A stretch of DNA of 64,000 nt, taken from NCBI RefSeq assembly GCF_009914755.1, contig NC_060939.1. One strand, 5' to 3'. A program made the position numbers and the translations under genes. The stretch comes from the human T2T-CHM13v2.0 reference genome, Homo sapiens. The notes below the pieces were generated by a model. That model made no database searches, was not told the origin of the DNA, and worked only from the letters and a program-made list of their open reading frames with translations. Numbering within the stretch: the first letter of the stretch is position 1; each line of letters opens with the position of its first letter. Positions 29,316 to 42,289 of this stretch are shown one piece after another.

Positions 29316-30554
29316 GCATTCTTTTCCGTGCTGACTGACACTTGCAGGCATCAGTTGTCTTCAGGCATCACCTAGCGGCCACTGCTATTGAAAGTCGAGC
29401 TGACACGGAGGGAGGTCTCGCCGACTTCATCGAGCCTGGGGCAACGGGTTTCTCTCTCTCCCTTCTGGAGGCCCCTCCCTCTCTCCCTCGTTGCCTAGGC
29501 AACCTCCGCCCTGGCGGGGGCCCTATTATTCTTTGATCAGCGCTTTAGTTTTCTTTGTGTGTTGGTTTCTTTCATGCGCATTGACTCTTCCACTTGGGTT
29601 TTAGGAGAGGTCAGTTTAATTTTCAAGTTGCCCCCCCAGATCCCCCCTCTCCAGGTTCCTTTACCTTCATTTAGTGAATCAGTTAGGTGGGTTCCCCCCA
29701 AACCCCCTACCCCCCGCCTCCCATCACCCTGCTTGTAAACCCGGAGCCACCCCGGTGCGCCTCCCTCTTCTCTCCCCTTCTAACACCCCTTGCCGGTGAT
29801 CTCATTCTTGCCAGGCTGACATTTGCAACGGTGGGTGTCAGGCCTCACTCAGTGGCCACCGTTTTTGAAGATGGGGGTGGCACGGTCCCAATTCCCCAGA
29901 GACAGCTTGGGCCGATGGAATAGCCCTTGACCTGCGTGGGCAAGAGGGCGGGTCTGAAGTTGTGGGGTTTTCCCCAGCTTCCTTCCTCAGTCCTCCCTCC
30001 CTAGGAAAGCTTCACCCTGGCTGGGTCTCAATCACATTTTATCATGATGTTTTAGTTTCTCACCCTCTGGCCAGCATAGTTTCACAATGGGAACGGTGTC
30101 ACAGCTCTAGTCTGGGCCTTCTTAGTATTTGCCCAAAATAGAAACGCTTTCTGACAACTAATACTTTGCTCGCTTAAGATTTCCAGGGACGGTGCCTTGG
30201 CCCGTGTTTGTGGTTTTGTTTTGTTTTGTTCGTGTTTTTCGTTTTTCGTATGTATTTCTTTTCAGGTGAAGTAGAAATCCCCAATTTTCAGGAAGACGTA
30301 TATTTTCCCCAAGACAAGTTAGCTGCTGTTTTCTCCTGTTGTTAACTAGCGCTTTTGTGAATCTCTCAACGTGTAGTGAGAGCCGGTTAATATTTATTAT
30401 ACTTCAGAACATCTTATTTTCTAGAAATCCGTAAGCAAATGCTGCTGCTGCTCTTGTTGCTGTTGTTGTTGTTGTTGTTTTCAAAGCACACCCGGGCCAC
30501 CGTTTACGGGATCAAAAGCGTTATAAAATATGTGTAATTATTTCCTGAGCACGC

Positions 30555-31760
30555 CCTTCCTTCTCCTCTCTCTGTCTCTCTGTCTGTCTCTGTCTCTCTC
30601 TTTCTCTGTCTTCTCTCTCTCTCCGTCTCTCTCTCTCTGCCTGTCTATTTCTCTCTTTCTCTCTCTGCCTGTCTCTCTCTCTGTGTCTGTCTTCTGTCTT
30701 ACTCCCTTTCTCTGCCTGTCTGTCTGTCTGTCACTGTCTCTCTCTCTCTCTCTCCCTGTCTGTCTGTTTCTCTCTGTCTCTGTCTCTCTTTCTGTTTGTT
30801 TCTCTCTGTCTCTCTCTCCATCTCTGTCTGTCTCTCTTTCTTTCTCTCTGTCTCTGTCTGTCTCTCTCTGCCTGTCTCTCTCACGGTGTCTGTCTTCTGT
30901 CTTACTCTCTTTCTCTGCCTGCCTGTCTCTCTCTCTCTCTCTTTGTTTCTCTCTATCTCTGTCCGTCTCTGTCTTTCTCTGTCTGTCTCTTTGTCTGTCT
31001 GTCTGTATCTCTCTTTCTTTCTCTGTCTCGCTGTCTCTGTCTCTCTGTCTCTCTCACTGTGTCTGTCTTCTGTCTTATTCTCTTTCTCTGTCTGTCTGTC
31101 TGTCGGTCTCTTTCTCTCACTCTCTCTCCCAGACTCTCTGTCTGTTTCTCTCTCTCTCTCTCTCTCTCTCTGTCTGTCTGGTTTTTTTTTCTCTCTCTCT
31201 CTTTGCCTGTCTGTTTCTCTGTCTCTGTCTCTCTGTCTCTCTCTCTGCCTGTCTCTCTCTCTCTCTGTCTGTCTTCTGTCTTACTGTCTTTCTCTGCCTG
31301 TCTGTCTCTCTCTCTCTCTCCTTGTCTGTTTCTTTCTCTGTCTCCGTCTGTCTCTCTCTCTTTCTGTCTGTTTCTCTCTCTCTCCCTCTGTCTGTCTCTG
31401 TCTTTCTCTCTCTGTCTCTTTCTTTCTGTCTGTCTCTCTCTTTCTTTCTCACTGTTTCTCCATCTGTCTCTTTCTCTCTTTCTTTGTTTGTGTGTCTGTC
31501 TTCTGTCTTACTCTCTTACTCTGCCTGTCGGCCTTCCTGTCTGTCTGTCTCTCTCTGTCTGTCTCTCTCTCTTTCTGTCTCTATCTTTCTTTCTGTTTCT
31601 CTCTCTGTCCATCTCTGTCTTTCTCTGTGTCTTTATCTGTCTGTCTCTCTCTTTCTGTCTTTCTCTCTTTGTGTATCTTTGTGTCTCTCTGTCTGTCTCT
31701 CTCTGTCTCTGTCTCTCTCGCTCACTCTCTGGCTCTCGCTATCTCCCACCCTCTCTTTCT
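30555..31760. repeat. IGS (CT/CTGT)n low-complexity tract 2
   Basis: ~1.2 kb of pyrimidine-rich repeat. Confidence 0.95.
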
Positions 31761-32185
31761 TTGCAAAATAAGTTCAAGTACATCTAATCTAATCCATTAC
31801 CACGGCCTGAATTCTTAACTTTAGACATCCCAGATATGATCTCCCTACAGAATGCTGTACAGAACTGGCGAGTTGATTTCTGGACTTGGATACCTCATAG
31901 ATACTACATATTAATAAAGATCCAACCCTAAAATCTGGGGTTGTATCTCCCTCGACTGTCTCAAAAAGGCATACCTCTGTTCACCTAGGATGCTGGGAGG
32001 GTTTTCTCAATGTGCTTCTGCTCGTGTCCTACATGACCTGTGACCGAGCCCTGTCCCTTCTGTCTCAAATATGTATCTGCAAACACTTCTTTCCATTTCC
32101 ACAACTACCCACAGCCCATTGTGGAACCACTGGCTCTTTGAAAAAAATCCCAGAAGTGGCTTTGGCTTTTTGGCTAGGAGGCCTA

Positions 32186-32833
32186 AACTTTAACGTAGCT
32201 TTTTCCAATTCTGTGAAGAAAGTCATTGGTAGCTTGAGGGGGATAGCAAAGGGATCTAGAACTAGAACTAGAAATACCATTGGCCCAGCCATCCCATTAC
32301 TGGGTATGTACCCAAAGGACTATAAATCATGCTGCTATAAAGACACATGCACATGTATGTTTATTGTGGCACTATTCACAATAGCAAAGACTTGGAACCA
32401 ACCCAAATGTCCAACAATGATAGACTGGATTAAGAAAATGTGGCACATATACACCATGGAATACTATGCAGCCATAAAAAGTGATGAGTTCATGTCGTTT
32501 GTAGGCACATGGATGAAATTGGAAATCATCATTCTCAGTAAACTATCACAAGGTTAAAAAACCAAACACCACATATTCTCACTCATAGGTGGGAAATGAA
32601 CAATGAGAACACATGGACACAGGAAGGGAAACATCACACTCTGGGCACTGTTGTGGAGTGGGGGAGGGGGGAGGGATAGCATTAGGAGATATATGTAATG
32701 CTAGGTGACGAGTTAATGGGTGCAGTGCACCAGCATGGCACATGTATACATATGTAATTAACCTGCACATTATGCACCTGTCCCCTAAAACTTAAAGTAT
32801 AAAAATAATTAAAAAATAAAAATAAAAAATAAA
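32186..32833 (+). mobile_element. 5'-truncated, 5'-inverted L1PA2/3-like insertion without TSD
   Basis: 32186-32248 antisense ORF2 piece (matches window 1773-1833 directly); 32250-32833 sense ORF2 end, 3'UTR and A tail. Confidence 0.92.
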
Positions 32834-32867
32834 CTCACCAGTTACAAGGGGATGGGGGAGGCCGAGC
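32831..32867 (-). pseudogene. CDC27: Residual 5'UTR tip of the IGS CDC27 retrocopy
   Basis: aaactcaccag..ttacaaggggatgggggaggccgagc resembles the reverse complement of the recalled CDC27 5'UTR at its expected IGS position; no CDC27 coding sequence in the window. Confidence 0.55.
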
Positions 32868-33397
32868 CAGAATGTCTTCTTTACCCTGCCGACTCTGGGA
32901 AGCCCAGCCCCATGTGATCCATTGCAAACTGAGAATCACCTCATATTTGGAAAACGGATCCGCTCCCAAGTTCAGTGGAGGGATGTGGCATGTAGGACAA
33001 AGGACTCTCTTCCTTCTGGTTGGGTCTGCACAGTGGGGCCTAGGGCTGGGGCTCTCTCTGTGCAGACCGCTGACTCCCTCTACCTTGGGTTCCATCAGCC
33101 CCACCCTGGGACATGGGCCTTGACAGATTCTGGCCCTTCCTGGCCCTTAAGTCGCCATCAGAAACCCCATCTCGTGCTCAGATGCCCCAATGACTGTGGC
33201 TCACACCTCTCTGGAAACACTGGAAATCTCTCCTCTACGCATGGTCAACTAAAACCCCAGGAGCTCGGGACACACGGCCGCCATCCACCTCACTGCTTTC
33301 GGGAGAGAATGCTGAGAGTCTCTTACCAACTCTCTCTTGACTAGAGTTATTCATGGGTGTGTGGTTAAGATGTAGAGGGACCAGATGTATTAACTCA

Positions 33398-34452
<1,055 letters not shown>

Positions 34453-36491
34453 TCTCCCCCTTCCCCCCCAGCTTATCCCTCAAGTGCTCGAGGCCGAGCG
34501 GTGGTGTGTGGTTTCCACCCCCAGCGCCCCCTCCTCCAGTCGCCGCCGCGGTGTTCGCAAGTGCGTCCTGAGGGAGCTCGTTGGTGTGGGGGTCGAGGCG
34601 GTTGAGACGCGTCCCCCCCAAGTGGGGAAGGGTGCCGCCTCCTCTGGTGAGTGCAGGTCCCGTGCTCCCCTCTAGCGGTTGCGTGCGGGCCGTGTGAGCA
34701 ATCGTGGTGGGCTTGGGCAGGTGACACGTGCGCCGGCCGGCAACCGAGAGGCTACCGTTCTGCCTCCGACAGGTTGTGTGTGGGTTTACTTGGAGGTGCT
34801 TTGCCTGGGAGAAAGGAGGCTGGTGGACGGGGGAGCCCTTGGGGGATTGCGCCCACGTGCAGTGGCCAGGCCCCCCGCCCAGACCACGAAGGCTCAAGGT
34901 TGCCGCATGCAGATTTTTCCTGGTACCGCGGGTCCCCTCCCTTCCCCAGGCATCCCTGAGCGCCTCTGCGGGCCCGACGAGGGGCGACTGGAGGGTAGGG
35001 AGTGTGACCCACCCTTGGTGAGAAAGCCTTTTCTAGCGATCCGAGAGGTGTGCCTTTGGGGTACCAGATCCCCCGGCCTGCCGCCTCTCTCTGCGTTATG
35101 GTAGCACTGCCATAGCAACTCGTTTGGAGAGGACCCTCCTCCACTTCCCCCTCGACGGGGTGAGTGGGGGAGAGCGAGGGTTCCACCGGCCTTCGCGGTG
35201 GGGACCGAGGGTGGCTCATTGCCTACCGTGTGGCCCGTGACTCCCACTTCCGAGTCGGGGGAGAATCCCGCCGGGCCGGTCTGGCGTCCTAGTGCTTGGG
35301 AGGCTGAGCGAGTGGTGACTGTGCCCAGCATTCCATCTGGCACATGACCCGCTCTGCTGTGAGACGGCTTTCCGCCCGCTCCCCTGGGGACCAGCGACCG
35401 GGGCGACGACCGCATTTGCGTGGCACGGGTTTGGGCCACCTGGCCCTGGGAAGCATCCCAAGTGGGGGGTACGCCGGTCTCCCGGAGCTTGACCAGGTTG
35501 GAGGATGGACAAGAAACGAGCAACTTGGCCCTGGTGTTGGGTTTGTGGCTGAGGTCGCTTCGGGGTCCCGATGGCGGGAACCAGGGCTCGAGAGGCGGGT
35601 CTTGTTGGGTGCCAAGGGCCGTCCGGCATCCCAGCCGGGGCGCCGCGGGACCTCCCTAGTGTCTGTGGTGGTGGGATCCCATGGCCGTGTTTTCCTGGTG
35701 GCCCAGCCATGCCTGAGGTTTCTCCCCGAGCCACCCCTCTGTGGGCTCCCGGGTGCCCTTGCGCTCGTGGTCCCTGGCCTTGCCTGTCTGTGCCACCCAC
35801 CCCACCCGCAGATCCTCTCTCCCCGCGTGGCTCACCGGCTTAGGCTGTGGTGGCCCTGTCTGGGACCAAACCAGGCTCTGCCTTGTGGGGTTCTGCCGCC
35901 GGCCACTGGTTGGCCAGTTGTCCCTGTCCCCGGGCGCGTGCCTTCAGGACCAGGTCAGCGGTGCCCCGCGTGGGCCTGGTGGACGCCCGGAGGGTTTGGA
36001 GTCGGCCTGCAGCGGGGGCAGGGAAGAGGGTTCTGGGGGCTGGCAGCGACTGCAGTGGCAGTGGGGGAGCCGCGGGCCACTGAAGGCCAGTCGGCCGCTC
36101 CAGGTAACGCGCGGGGCCGCCTTCGTGCTCGGAGGCCGCTGAAGATGAGACCCCCGGCACCGCGGTCCGCCTCTCGTTCACTGCCCAAACGTCAAGGCCG
36201 CCCCACGCCTGCCACACGCTAGTGGCCGCCAGTCCCTTGCGGCTGCCACACACTGGTCGGGAGGTCTGTCTCCTCGCAGGTGGGCTCGAAGGGTCGGGAG
36301 TGATCAGCCCGTCAGGGGGTGTTGTGTCGTGTAGGTGGATGGGATGTCCAGTTCGCCACCCCACCGCCCCCCTCCCACCGCCCCGCGCTGCTCTCTCCCT
36401 CCCACAAGCCCCGTCGCCCACCCTGCCGGGCCCATCCTCACGACTGGGACGCCGGGCTCATCATCGTGAGGCCGAGAGGCCGCTTTCTACC
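34453..36491 (+). pseudogene. 45S pre-rRNA 5'ETS, 5'-truncated
   Basis: GC-rich 5'ETS blocks (ccgttctgcctccgac; gagaaagccttttctagcgatccgagagg); ~2.0 kb versus ~3.65 kb canonical. Confidence 0.88.
35619..35718 (+). ncRNA. miR-663-like hairpin homologue within the 5'ETS
   Basis: agccggggcgccgcgggacctc (miR-663a-like) and ggtggcccagccatgcctgagg (miR-663b-like); expression unknown. Confidence 0.65.
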
Positions 36492-38273
36492 TACATGGTT
36501 GATCCTACCAGAATGATATGCTTGTCTCAAAGATTAAGCCATACATGTCTAAGTACGCAGGGCCGGTACAGTGAAACTGCGAATGGCTCATTAAATCAGT
36601 TATGGTTCTTTCATTTGCTCGCTCCTCTCCTACTTGGAAAACTGTGGTAATTCTAGAGCTAATACATGCCAAAGGGCGCTGACCCCCTTCGCGGGGAAGA
36701 TGCGTGCATTTAGCAGATCAAAACCAACCCAGTCAGCCCCTCTCCGGCCCCTGCGGGAGGGTCAGGTGCCACTGGCTTTGGTGACTCTAGATAACCTCAG
36801 GCCAATCGCACGCCCCCCGTGGCAGCGATGACCCATTGTAAAGTCTGCCCTATCAACTTTCGATGGTAGTCGCTGTGCCTACCATGGTGACCACGGGTGA
36901 TGGGGAATCAGGGTTGGATTCTGGAGAGGGAGCCTGAGAAACGGCTACCACATTCAAGGAAGGCAGCAGGCATGCAAATTACCCACTCTCGACCCGGGGA
37001 GGTAGTGACGAAAAATAACAATACAGGACTCTTTTGAGGCCCTGTAATTGGAATGAGTCCACTTTAAATCCTTTAACAAGGATCCATTGGAGGGCAAGTC
37101 TGGTGCCAGCAGCCACGGTAATTCCAGCTCCAATAGCGTATATTAAAGTTGCTGTAGTTAAAAAGCTGGTAGTTGGATCTTGGGAGCGGGCGGACGGGCG
37201 AGCCATGGCCCATCCCCACCCCTTGCCTCTCAGCGCCCCCTCAGTGTTCTTAGCTGAGTGTCCTGTGGACCTAAGCATTTACTTAGAAAAAGTTAGAGTG
37301 TTCAAAGCAGGCCCGAGCCACCTAGATACCACAGCTAGGAATGATGGAATAGAACCGCAGTTCTATTTTGTTGGTTTTCGGAACTAAGGCCATGATTAAG
37401 AAGGACGGCTGGGGGCATTCGTATTGCGCCACTAGAGGTGAAATTCTTGGACCGGAGCATTTCGGACCAGAGTGAAAGCATTTGCCAAGAATGTTTTCAT
37501 TAACCAAGAACGAAAGTCGGAGGTTCGAAGACGATCAGATACCATCGTAGTTTCGACCATAAAAGATGCCGACTGGCAATGTGGCAGTGTTATTTCCATG
37601 AACCACTGGGCAGCTTCCAAGAAATCAAAGTCTTTGGGTTTTTGGGTTCTGGGGGGAGTATGGTTGCAAAGCTGAAACTTAAAGGAATTGGTGGAAGGGC
37701 ACGACCAGGAGTGGAGCCTGCGGCTTAATTTGACTCAACACGGGAAACCTTACCCAGCCGGGACACAGACAGGATTGACAGATTGATAGCTCCTTCTCGA
37801 TTCCATGGATGGTGGTGCATGGTCTTAGTTGGTGGAGTGATTTGTCTGGTTAATTCCGATAACGAACGAGACTCTGGCATGCTAACTAGTTATGCAACCC
37901 ACAAGTGGTCAGTGTCCCCCAACTTCTTAGAGGGATAAGTGGCATTCAGTCACCCGGGATTGAGTAATAACAAGTCTGTGATGCCCTTAGATGTCCGGGG
38001 CTGCACGTGCGCTACACTGACTGGCTCAGTGTGTGCCTAACATACATGGCAGACGTGGGTAACCTGTTGAACACCATTGGTGATGGTGATCGGGGATTGC
38101 AATTATTCCCCATGAACGAGGAATTCCCAGTAAGTGCGGGTCATAGGCTTGCATGAAGTCCCTGCCATTTGTACACATCGCCAGTCACTACTACTGATTG
38201 GATGGTTTAGTGAGGCCCTCGGATCGGCCCCGCCGGGTCAGCCCACTGCCCTGGCGGAGCACTGAGAAGACAG

Positions 38274-38304
<31 letters not shown>

Positions 38305-38346
38305 TGTAACAAAGTTTCTGTAGGTGAACCTGTGGAGGGATCATTA
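36492..38346 (+). pseudogene. 18S rRNA pseudogene
   Basis: TACATGGTTGATCCT...GGATCATTA, full span; many CpG decays and indels at invariant sites. Confidence 0.97.
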
Positions 38347-39395
38347 ACGGAGAAGAGTGAAGCCACAGAGGTGCCACTGCATCCTTCCTCCTTGGCCGAC
38401 TGTGTTCCCCGTGCAGCACTTGTGCTGGCGGGGTTGTGCCCTTTGTTTGTTGCACGGCCCTGCCTGCCCCGAGAGCCGGAGTACTCGGGAGGGAGAGAGG
38501 GGGTAGAGAGAGACACGCGTGCGGGGACGAAACTGTGTGTGCATGCCGTGGGGTGGGTTGGATGGCTCGCCGGCCTGGTGAGCAGCGGGGAGCGGTCCCC
38601 TGCTATGGCCCCCACGTGTGTGTTGGCAGGCGCGGGGGTGGTTCTCAGCGTCACGGTGGGGTGTGGGTCTCGTGCCCTCCCTGTCAGGGCTGTCGTCCCG
38701 CCCTGTCCTGCTGGCTCGGCCCCATCCCGCCTGCTCCTGTCGGGGCTGGCCGGGTTCCCATAGCTACCACTGCCACCATCATTGCCTCTGCCACACCAGG
38801 CCACTGGGCCCGGCCTGGCCCGCTGGCTCTCCCCAGCCTTCCCACTAGGGCTTCTCCAGGGTAGGGGGCTGGACGCCAGTTCCCCGCTCCTCGTCCGCCC
38901 ATGACATCCAGGTACCTAGTGCATTCTGGCGCAGAGATTTAAGGACCCCTTGGAGGGTCACCTGTCCATCTGTGGGTTGGGTGTGGTGGGCCCATGGGGT
39001 AGTCCATTTGGGAGGGGCCCGCCCCTCCATCACCTCCCCCGCCGACTCCATCTCCCCGGCTGGCCGGGGCCATGCCACACTTGCATGTCGCCGCTGACGC
39101 TGGTATGGGCTTTATCCAGTGGTCATCATGCTGTCGCGTGCATGCTGCACATGTGGTGTGTGCCCCACGCTGTGGGGCAGGAACCCCTTAGTGCCCGTGG
39201 GGTGGTGTCAGCATTCGCCCCCCCCCACCCCCATGGTCAGCACCACCTCCCTGTGTTCTGAAACCTTCTGACCCCTTTCTGGAGTCTCGTCCCGTTGCTG
39301 TCTGACTGACCGGCCTGAGGTAACCCCTCTGGGGGATGTGCTGTGCCAGGTGGGCCTCATATTGTTGGGAGCACCCTAGCCAAATCGACCTTGTA
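38347..39395 (+). other. ITS1 (decayed)
   Basis: GC-rich spacer between 18S and 5.8S. Confidence 0.9.
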
Positions 39396-39551
39396 TGACT
39401 TTTAGCGGTGGATCACTCAGCTCCTGCGTTGATGAAGAATGCAGCTAGCTGTGAGAATTAATGTGAATTGCAGGGCACATTGATCATCGACACTTTGAAC
39501 ACACTTGAGGCCTGGGTTCCTCCCAGGGCTATGCCTGCCTGAGTGTCACTT
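39396..39551 (+). pseudogene. 5.8S rRNA pseudogene
   Basis: tgacttttagcggtggatcactc...attgatcatcgacact...gagtgtcactt; CpG decay. Confidence 0.96.
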
Positions 39552-40406
39552 GCCAATCAATAGCCCCTGGTGGTGCCTCCGGGATCCTCAGGGTGCACGG
39601 TTGCGGGTTCCATGGCAGGGCATGTTGGGGCCCTCCATCCTCCCAAGTGCAGACCGGCGATGTCCGCCCTCCTCTCCTGCCGTGCCCGCCCCTTCCCCCT
39701 CCCCCCACAGGCCCTGTGTGGTCACGCGTTGGGAGGCGTGGGGAAGGGGGACTCCTGGCTGTGAGGAAGAGAGAGAGGGTGGCGCCACCACCCGTGAAAA
39801 CAGAGGGGGAAGAGAGCTGGCTGGGGTCGAGTTCCCGTGGCCACCACTGCGGTCCGGTTTCCTCCCTCGGGGGCTCCCTCGTGCCTCACACAGCTCGTGG
39901 TGTGGGGTTTGTTGACCCTGGCGGGGTGAAAGGTCCCGTGCCATCATCGTCGTCGTGTGTCTTCAGTGGTGGGGGCTTGTTGGGCGGGGAGGAAGGCAAG
40001 TAGGAAGGGTCCACTGCGGAGAGGGTGGGGGAGCATGTCCCCGTCACCGCAGTTCGCTGCCCGCCCCTGATGGCGGCCCGGTGACCGGCTGACCACCGCT
40101 CCAGCGCCCCTCCTCCCCAACACCCCTCAGAGGTACCGTCCTCCTCTCCAGCCTGCCCCCCACCCGCCCGGCATGTGACGCGGTGTGTCCGGGGCAGAAA
40201 GCCCACCACGCGGCCCCTCTGGCAGGGCTCGTGGCCGTGGTCCCAGGGTTCGTTTGCCCCTGGTGGTGACCCCCTGGGTGCTGCAGTGTCATTCGCCATC
40301 ATGCGCCCGCCTCTGGCTCTTGGCCGCGCGGTGCCTGGCGCCCCGTCCAGAGCTTCGACGTTGGGGCGGAGCAGCACTGCCACATCCTCAGACCAGTCCC
40401 CTACCT
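39552..40406 (+). other. ITS2, truncated before 28S
   Basis: GC-rich ITS2 ends abruptly at cctcagaccagtcccctacct; no 28S 5' end. Confidence 0.85.
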
Positions 40407-41179
40407 ACATTTAGTACATAGGCAATCCCATGTAATTTAGCAAAGCTAGCAAGTACCTAGACTTGGCGCAGCCACTGTAGGGATGGCCTCCCAGTAGCAT
40501 CGTTAACACCAATTGTAATTGGTAGGCAATCACTTAGTTTCACATTTCATTACCTGAGTTATACAAATGTGTAAAAAATACAGTTTTAATAAAAGGGAGT
40601 AAAGGATAATATGAGTAATATTCACAATCTCTAGTTGGAAGAGGTAGTGTTTTCTCAGAAATGATGCACGTCTGGAGCAAGGTCATTTTGTGTTTGGTTT
40701 GTTAAATATCTATTTCCTTTTTGACAAACCACTGGAAAAGCCCAGCTTCACAAGAACTCTCCATGAGAACGATCACACAAAAGAACACCCATAACACAAA
40801 ATCAAAACAAGGGTGGTCCGGGATTCACATTAAAGACTCATTACCAAGTTTTCTTAGAAGAGATAAAGAACACAAAGTTACTTTTGTGTGATGGAAAACA
40901 GAGAGAAAGAGTAAATGGAAAAATAAATGTTAGGCAACAAGAGTGAAAACCAAGCTGTGGAAAAAAATGAATGGAATTGTTTTGTTTGGTATTGATTTCC
41001 TATCCTGATATCAGAAAGTATGGGAAAGAACAAAGCACATTTTTTTGAGACAAATAGAACATAAAACAAATGAATGTTAAACACTATTTTACAGTGCTAA
41101 CAAAACTATCTGTGACTTGTTTTTTCCCTTTAAATATTCGATTTTGTACAATTACATTTATATAAATTATTGAAATAAA

Positions 41180-41560
41180 ATTGTAAAGATGGAGGACAGA
41201 CTATGGGGTTGCCAAGGGGAAGGGGTGGAGGAAAATGTGTCAGAGTGTCAGCAAAGATCACAAGTTGGAGCCTGGTGGTGAGGTTACAGTTCTGTATGTT
41301 GACTGTGGAAGTGGTAGTTACAGAGATCTACACCACATAAAAATTCAGAGAACACATGCACACACATACACACATCAAAAATGAATGCATACAAATGGTT
41401 GCGATCTGAGTAAGTTTTCTGAATTGTACCTATGTCAGTTTCCAGGTTTTGATAATGCTCTATGGCTATGCGAGATGTCACCACTGGAATTAGTGAAGAG
41501 TACCTAAGACATCCCTGTACATTTTGCAACTTCCTGTGAATCTATAATTATTTCAAAAGA
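41180..41560 (+). mobile_element. Ancient L1M (MC/MD/ME-like) 3' end
   Basis: ggttgccaagggg...gttctgtatgttgactgtgg...ttttgcaacttcctgtgaatctataattatttcaaaa. Confidence 0.75.
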
Positions 41561-41959
41561 AACTTGAAAGTCATAGCAGACTTTCACTTCAAAGAGGAAA
41601 AAACTGAAGATTAATGAAATTGTTGAAGAACATCAAATACTCAATAATCTGTATGAGCGCTGTATGCTGTCCACTAGCAGCAAAGCTGTCATTTAGCCTT
41701 TTTCTGACGTGCCCTGGGAGACTTGAGCTCCTTTTGGATTGCCAAGGCCGATAGTGTTTATTTGTTACTAACTTTGTACTGGACCACCAAAAAATGAAAA
41801 GTGACTGAATAATCATTTATAATAATAACTAGTAATTTTACTTATAAAGAGACAATAGTGGTAATGAATTTAAATATTTAAGGTAAAGAATAGGATCTTC
41901 ATAAGACAATACTGGCAAAATTTAAAAAGAAAAAATAAAGAATCAGAAACATAAGTAGT

Positions 41960-42170
41960 TCAGTATTGTGAAAAAATTCTGGATCTGAGACACAAAAGAA
42001 CAGAGATTGTATTGTGTTTCTGCTCCAAACCTGATGAATCACCTTAGGTGTGTTGTGTTTCTGCGACAAAGCTGCTGAATCACCTTAGGCAATGCTTGCC
42101 CTTTCCCTGAATCTGTTTTCTTTTCTACAAAATAAAGTGAGCTAGATCATCTCTAAGGTCCTCCAAATAT
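41960..42170 (+). mobile_element. MIR-like SINE remnant
   Basis: accttaggcaa...ccctgaatctgttttcttttctacaaaat...ctagatcatctctaaggtcc. Confidence 0.6.
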
Positions 42171-42289
42171 TCACATTTTCGGCTCCACATGAACTTCAGT
42201 TGAATTCCTAATTTCAGTGTGGATAATACATGTGTGCTGCACCACAAGCAGTGTGTCTAAATGCTCATGTTGGTCCTAAAAACTAATTA

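Noticed and set aside
32012-32557. 181-aa ORF ending in the L1 ORF2 C-terminus
   Set aside because: Chance read-through from IGS across the inverted L1 junction; non-ATG start and no promoter evidence
36045-36120. miR-3648-like sequence
   Set aside because: Only a partial, diverged match within the 5'ETS; hairpin incomplete
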